Source: Botryllus schlosseri (lineage: Eukaryota). Taken from it: a stretch of DNA of 64,000 bases. A program made the position numbers and the translations under genes. The stretch covers positions 23,250,001-23,314,000 of the forward strand of contig CM119374.1 of the NCBI GenBank assembly GCA_051294905.1. Reading direction: 5' to 3'. The notes beneath the pieces were generated by a model. That model was given only the letters and a program-made list of their open reading frames with translations, was not told the origin of the DNA and did no database searches. This document shows, piece by piece, positions 60,841-64,000 of the stretch (position 1 is its first letter; each line of letters begins with the position of its first letter).

Positions 60841-63334
60841 AAGTGACAAGTGACAGACAAGTGCTCCTTCTTCCATCCACGCCAGGCATGTCAAACTTTG
60901 GGTCGGGGCCTTATTCATTATACCTTTTGATCGCTTACTGGTCGGACCGGTAAGATGATGCTAAAATATTGATTCAAAGTCAATATCCTAATTCGCCGAC
61001 TGGAACCGGCCCATGTTTGACCATCCCTGTCCTAGTCGCATTGTTCAGTAACAACTTTGCAATGTGATCAATTTCCAATTGTCCAATGTCCAGCTCCTCT
61101 AAGATCTAACCTATACTGAAGTGTAAGCCAAGTCATCAAGTGGCCAAAACCGTTATCTCGGATAGGTTCATCAGAAAACTGCAATTGCATTGATTTAGTC
61201 GTTAATGTGAAGTACTTCTGTCAAGAAGCTTTTATCGACTGGGTTAATTTTAATTTTACTAGTTTATGCCGAAGTGCCTGCTCGATGCTCACATTCTTTT
61301 GTCGAGATGAGTGTGTATTATCTTGCAAGCTAGCATAATTGCAATGATAGCAACCGTGTGGTTAACTAATTAAAATGACGACATCTGTTGATATGCCCCA
61401 TCTATGCATTTTGCATAAGTAGGCCTATGCCTTACCTGGTGTGGTTGATGATCATCACAGCGAATGTCGACTTCTGGCCTACTTAAAGTAATTATCGATC
61501 ACTTCATATAGGCCTAGCCTACGTGCAGTCCTGCACCGAGTTTTATTTTTTATCGCCGTGTAGTGTGTGTGTGTGTGTGTGTGTTACTCTCTGTCTCTGA
61601 TGGTCAACTATCTACTGTCTTTTAAGTAGTTCTAATTCTGGTCTCGGATTTTTAAAAGTTAGTTCCAGTTCTAGTTGCGGATTTTGAAGTGAGTAGTTCT
61701 GCTTCTTGTTGCGCATTTCAAAAATTTGTTGCCGATCAACTAGAAAACACATGCAGTCGACAATTATCGTGAATCGTGATGCCGGTTTTCCGTTATGTGA
61801 TGTTCTTGCAGCCATTGCTAGCTCACAGTCCTTACAACACCCAGTGATTCAGCCATTGGGTGGGTTTTGCGGATCGAGTTTTGGAAAGTGAATAGTTTTG
61901 GAAAGTGAATAGTCTTAGTAGCTAGTTTGAAAAGTAGTTCCAGTAGTTTTTAATTGTGCAAGTCTGCACGCACGTGTTTCATGTATAGCGGATAGAATTC
62001 CTGACCTTTGAATCGACCCTGATGTGATGCTCTGCAAAAGCGATACCCGGTTTCCAAAGCGCTGGCTCCGTTGGGTTGTCAAATTTGATTCTCGTGTCGC
62101 CACCTAACACCAGCGTCTTCCGTCGGTACCCAGACGAAGGGTACACGCGATAGTCGCTATCGAGGAACTTTCAACCCCATAAACAGAAACCTTGGATCGA
62201 TTACAGCATGCCTGTGAGGTCAAGTGTGTTTTTATTACTTGATGACGCAATATCTATTGGCGAGGTCCATTCACGGTAGGCAACTTTATATCAAGCCATG
62301 CCAACTGATCTGCTATCACTCGATTTCGAGGTGTTATCCGAAACGTCGGTTTGTTTAAATGACTCGGAAATTTTATTTCATCGATACGATTTCGGAAATT
62401 ACTACTACGAGTTGCCGGCTTTTCAATTATTGATACTACTCAAAGAACGGAAATGGTGAAGCGTGTGGCGCCAGCGAGGAGCATTCAAATCCTATAAAAA
62501 GACCTTCAGCTCGCGTGTCCGGATGTGCAATATGTTGCCCTTACAAGGCCAAATTACGAGTGATGTGTGATGTACGATTGTGGATTTCGTAACCCCTACA
62601 TTGAAAGTCGCTATTCGACTATTTGTTCTGACAGGCCTCAACAGTCAATTAGAAGTAGATTGAAAACATCTTGCACAAATAGAATAAAAATCATGACTAG
62701 GCTACCGTCCCACGATATGCATGCATCTTCGCACTATCAATTACGCAATCAAAACTGACGTGTACTAGGGTTACCATATGTCCCTATTTGGGACGATTTG
62801 TCCTCCGTTTTCAGGAAATCGAAGATGTCCTTCTTTTTTGAAATCCGGAAGTTTGGGAGGGTCTTCTCCGGGAGCATGACTGGAAAATGACCTTTTTAAA
62901 TCAACACCACAGCAGTAACGATAATAAGTGGGTAATTCGGGAGTCGAGTCGGGAAGATGACCTTTTTGATTTAAGTCAACGGAACAAAATCTTCGGTACA
63001 AATTTTGCAGTTTTTTGCTCCGGTATTCTCCCAATTAGAACTAACGACCTTTATGAAGCCGCAAGTAATCAACTGAAATGAGCCAAGAAATATTGGATAC
63101 GGAATCGACATTTCAAAATGACAGGGTTTCGAGTTTAAAATGGGAGGGATCGCGACCCCCAAAACCCCATCCCTTGACTACGCAACACAAGTGGTGGTGT
63201 CTCGAGCAATCAATGGCCGTAAGAACACCACACAGGCATCGCGATTCATGCCAAACGACGACAGGCGCTTTCTAATTGTTCTACAACTAAAATATTTCTG
63301 AAATGTACAGCTAGAACCAGAACTACTCTCTCTT

Positions 63335-63452
63335 CCGAGCGAGATAGCGTAATGGTGATGCGTTCGGCTTGTTGATCGGTGGTCGTGGGTTCAATCCCCG
63401 GCCGGGTCAGCCAAAGACTCGAAAACCGGTATCCGCGGCTATCCCGCTATAG
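63335..63452 (+). mobile_element. tRNA-derived SINE head truncated by a hAT MITE
   Basis: A-box TAGCGTAATGG and B-box GGTTCAATCCC (63388-63398), followed by CAGCCAAAGACTCGAAAACCGG. It is cut at 63453 by CAGTGGTCGGGAACC. Confidence 0.7.
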
Positions 63453-64000
63453 CAGTGGTCGGGAACCTTTTTTGTCCGAAGAGACATATTGGCCCTATTT
63501 TTTCCATTTCAACTCCCAAAGAGCCATACATGTCAATCAACTGTTACGTCACAATTGAAAATTCGTGACGTCATGGTAGCCCCAATTCGAACTCACTACA
63601 CTGGATTCCTCGTGTGCGCCATATTTTCTCTGTAAAAACTGGTATTTATTGTTCGAAAATAACGTTCGAAACGAGAGGTAAGACACAGACGGGCCAAGCC
63701 CCACCATTGATAACGCAATTCACCGTAAGTAGCTTATAATTTATTATAACTGATATTTTTCGAATGTGACTGTCACACTGATTCCGAAAATCTAAATACT
63801 TATCGACCTCTCGATTCTCAAACTATTCGGCGGTAACACAACGTTGCGCTACCGCATACATTTTATTGCCGGTACTACACAGAGCTATAGCCTACTTACC
63901 AATCTAGAACGTGGATAGCTATGGCGTTGTTTGTAATTCGAGTTTGTAATTGTGAATGTCTTGTCCACAACAGTTCGTTTCGCGCTGTAGATCAGGAAGA
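63453..64000. mobile_element. Left part of a Buster-type hAT MITE (probably extends beyond the window)
   Basis: Starts CAGTGGTCGGGAACCTTTTT and is preceded by CGCTATAG (TA at positions 4-5). No right TIR is seen in the window. Confidence 0.55.

Noticed and set aside
61612-62110. LTR retrotransposon PBS and leader (minus-strand TGGCGACACGAG near 62092-62103)
   Set aside because: It is not preceded by a CA LTR end, and I saw no second LTR and no gag/pol similarity.
41644-63452. Bona fide tRNA genes at 41644, 41970, 63335 (and 6440)
   Set aside because: A/B boxes are present, but I could not build complete cloverleafs, and each continues into a non-tRNA body typical of SINEs.

Overview
Eukaryotic, AT-rich, intron-containing genomic DNA. 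The short introns, repeat types and gene set suggest an invertebrate animal, possibly a tunicate; this is inference. I reconstructed four complete minus-strand genes by hand from splice sites and reading frame. Two are tandem Sulfotransfer_2/CHST-like carbohydrate sulfotransferases with matching six-exon structures (5709-11922 and 15596-23736). The others are TXNL4A/Dim1 (28137-30074, 142 aa) and PUS7L/TruD-family pseudouridine synthase (31671-40359, about 725 aa). A plus-strand first coding exon (49462-50227) encodes a probably secreted protein with a very basic Sushi/CCP domain. Introns and intergenic DNA are dense with non-autonomous hAT-type elements: 11 have perfect 8-bp TSDs and several are nested. 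Also present are foldback elements, a 5'-truncated L2/CR1-group LINE with an open RT frame, three 3' fragments of a second LINE, tRNA-derived SINE-like elements, a rearranged 28S rRNA fragment and a 4 x 145-bp tandem repeat. I found no prokaryotic-type system (CRISPR, retron, DGR). The most unusual observations are a 36-bp hairpin insertion with an 8-bp TSD supported by two paralogous empty sites, a 28S fragment ending next to the R2 target site, a tandem tRNA-headed element, acceptor AGs just upstream of four start codons, and the polybasic Sushi protein. All alignments are by eye, and no databases were searched.
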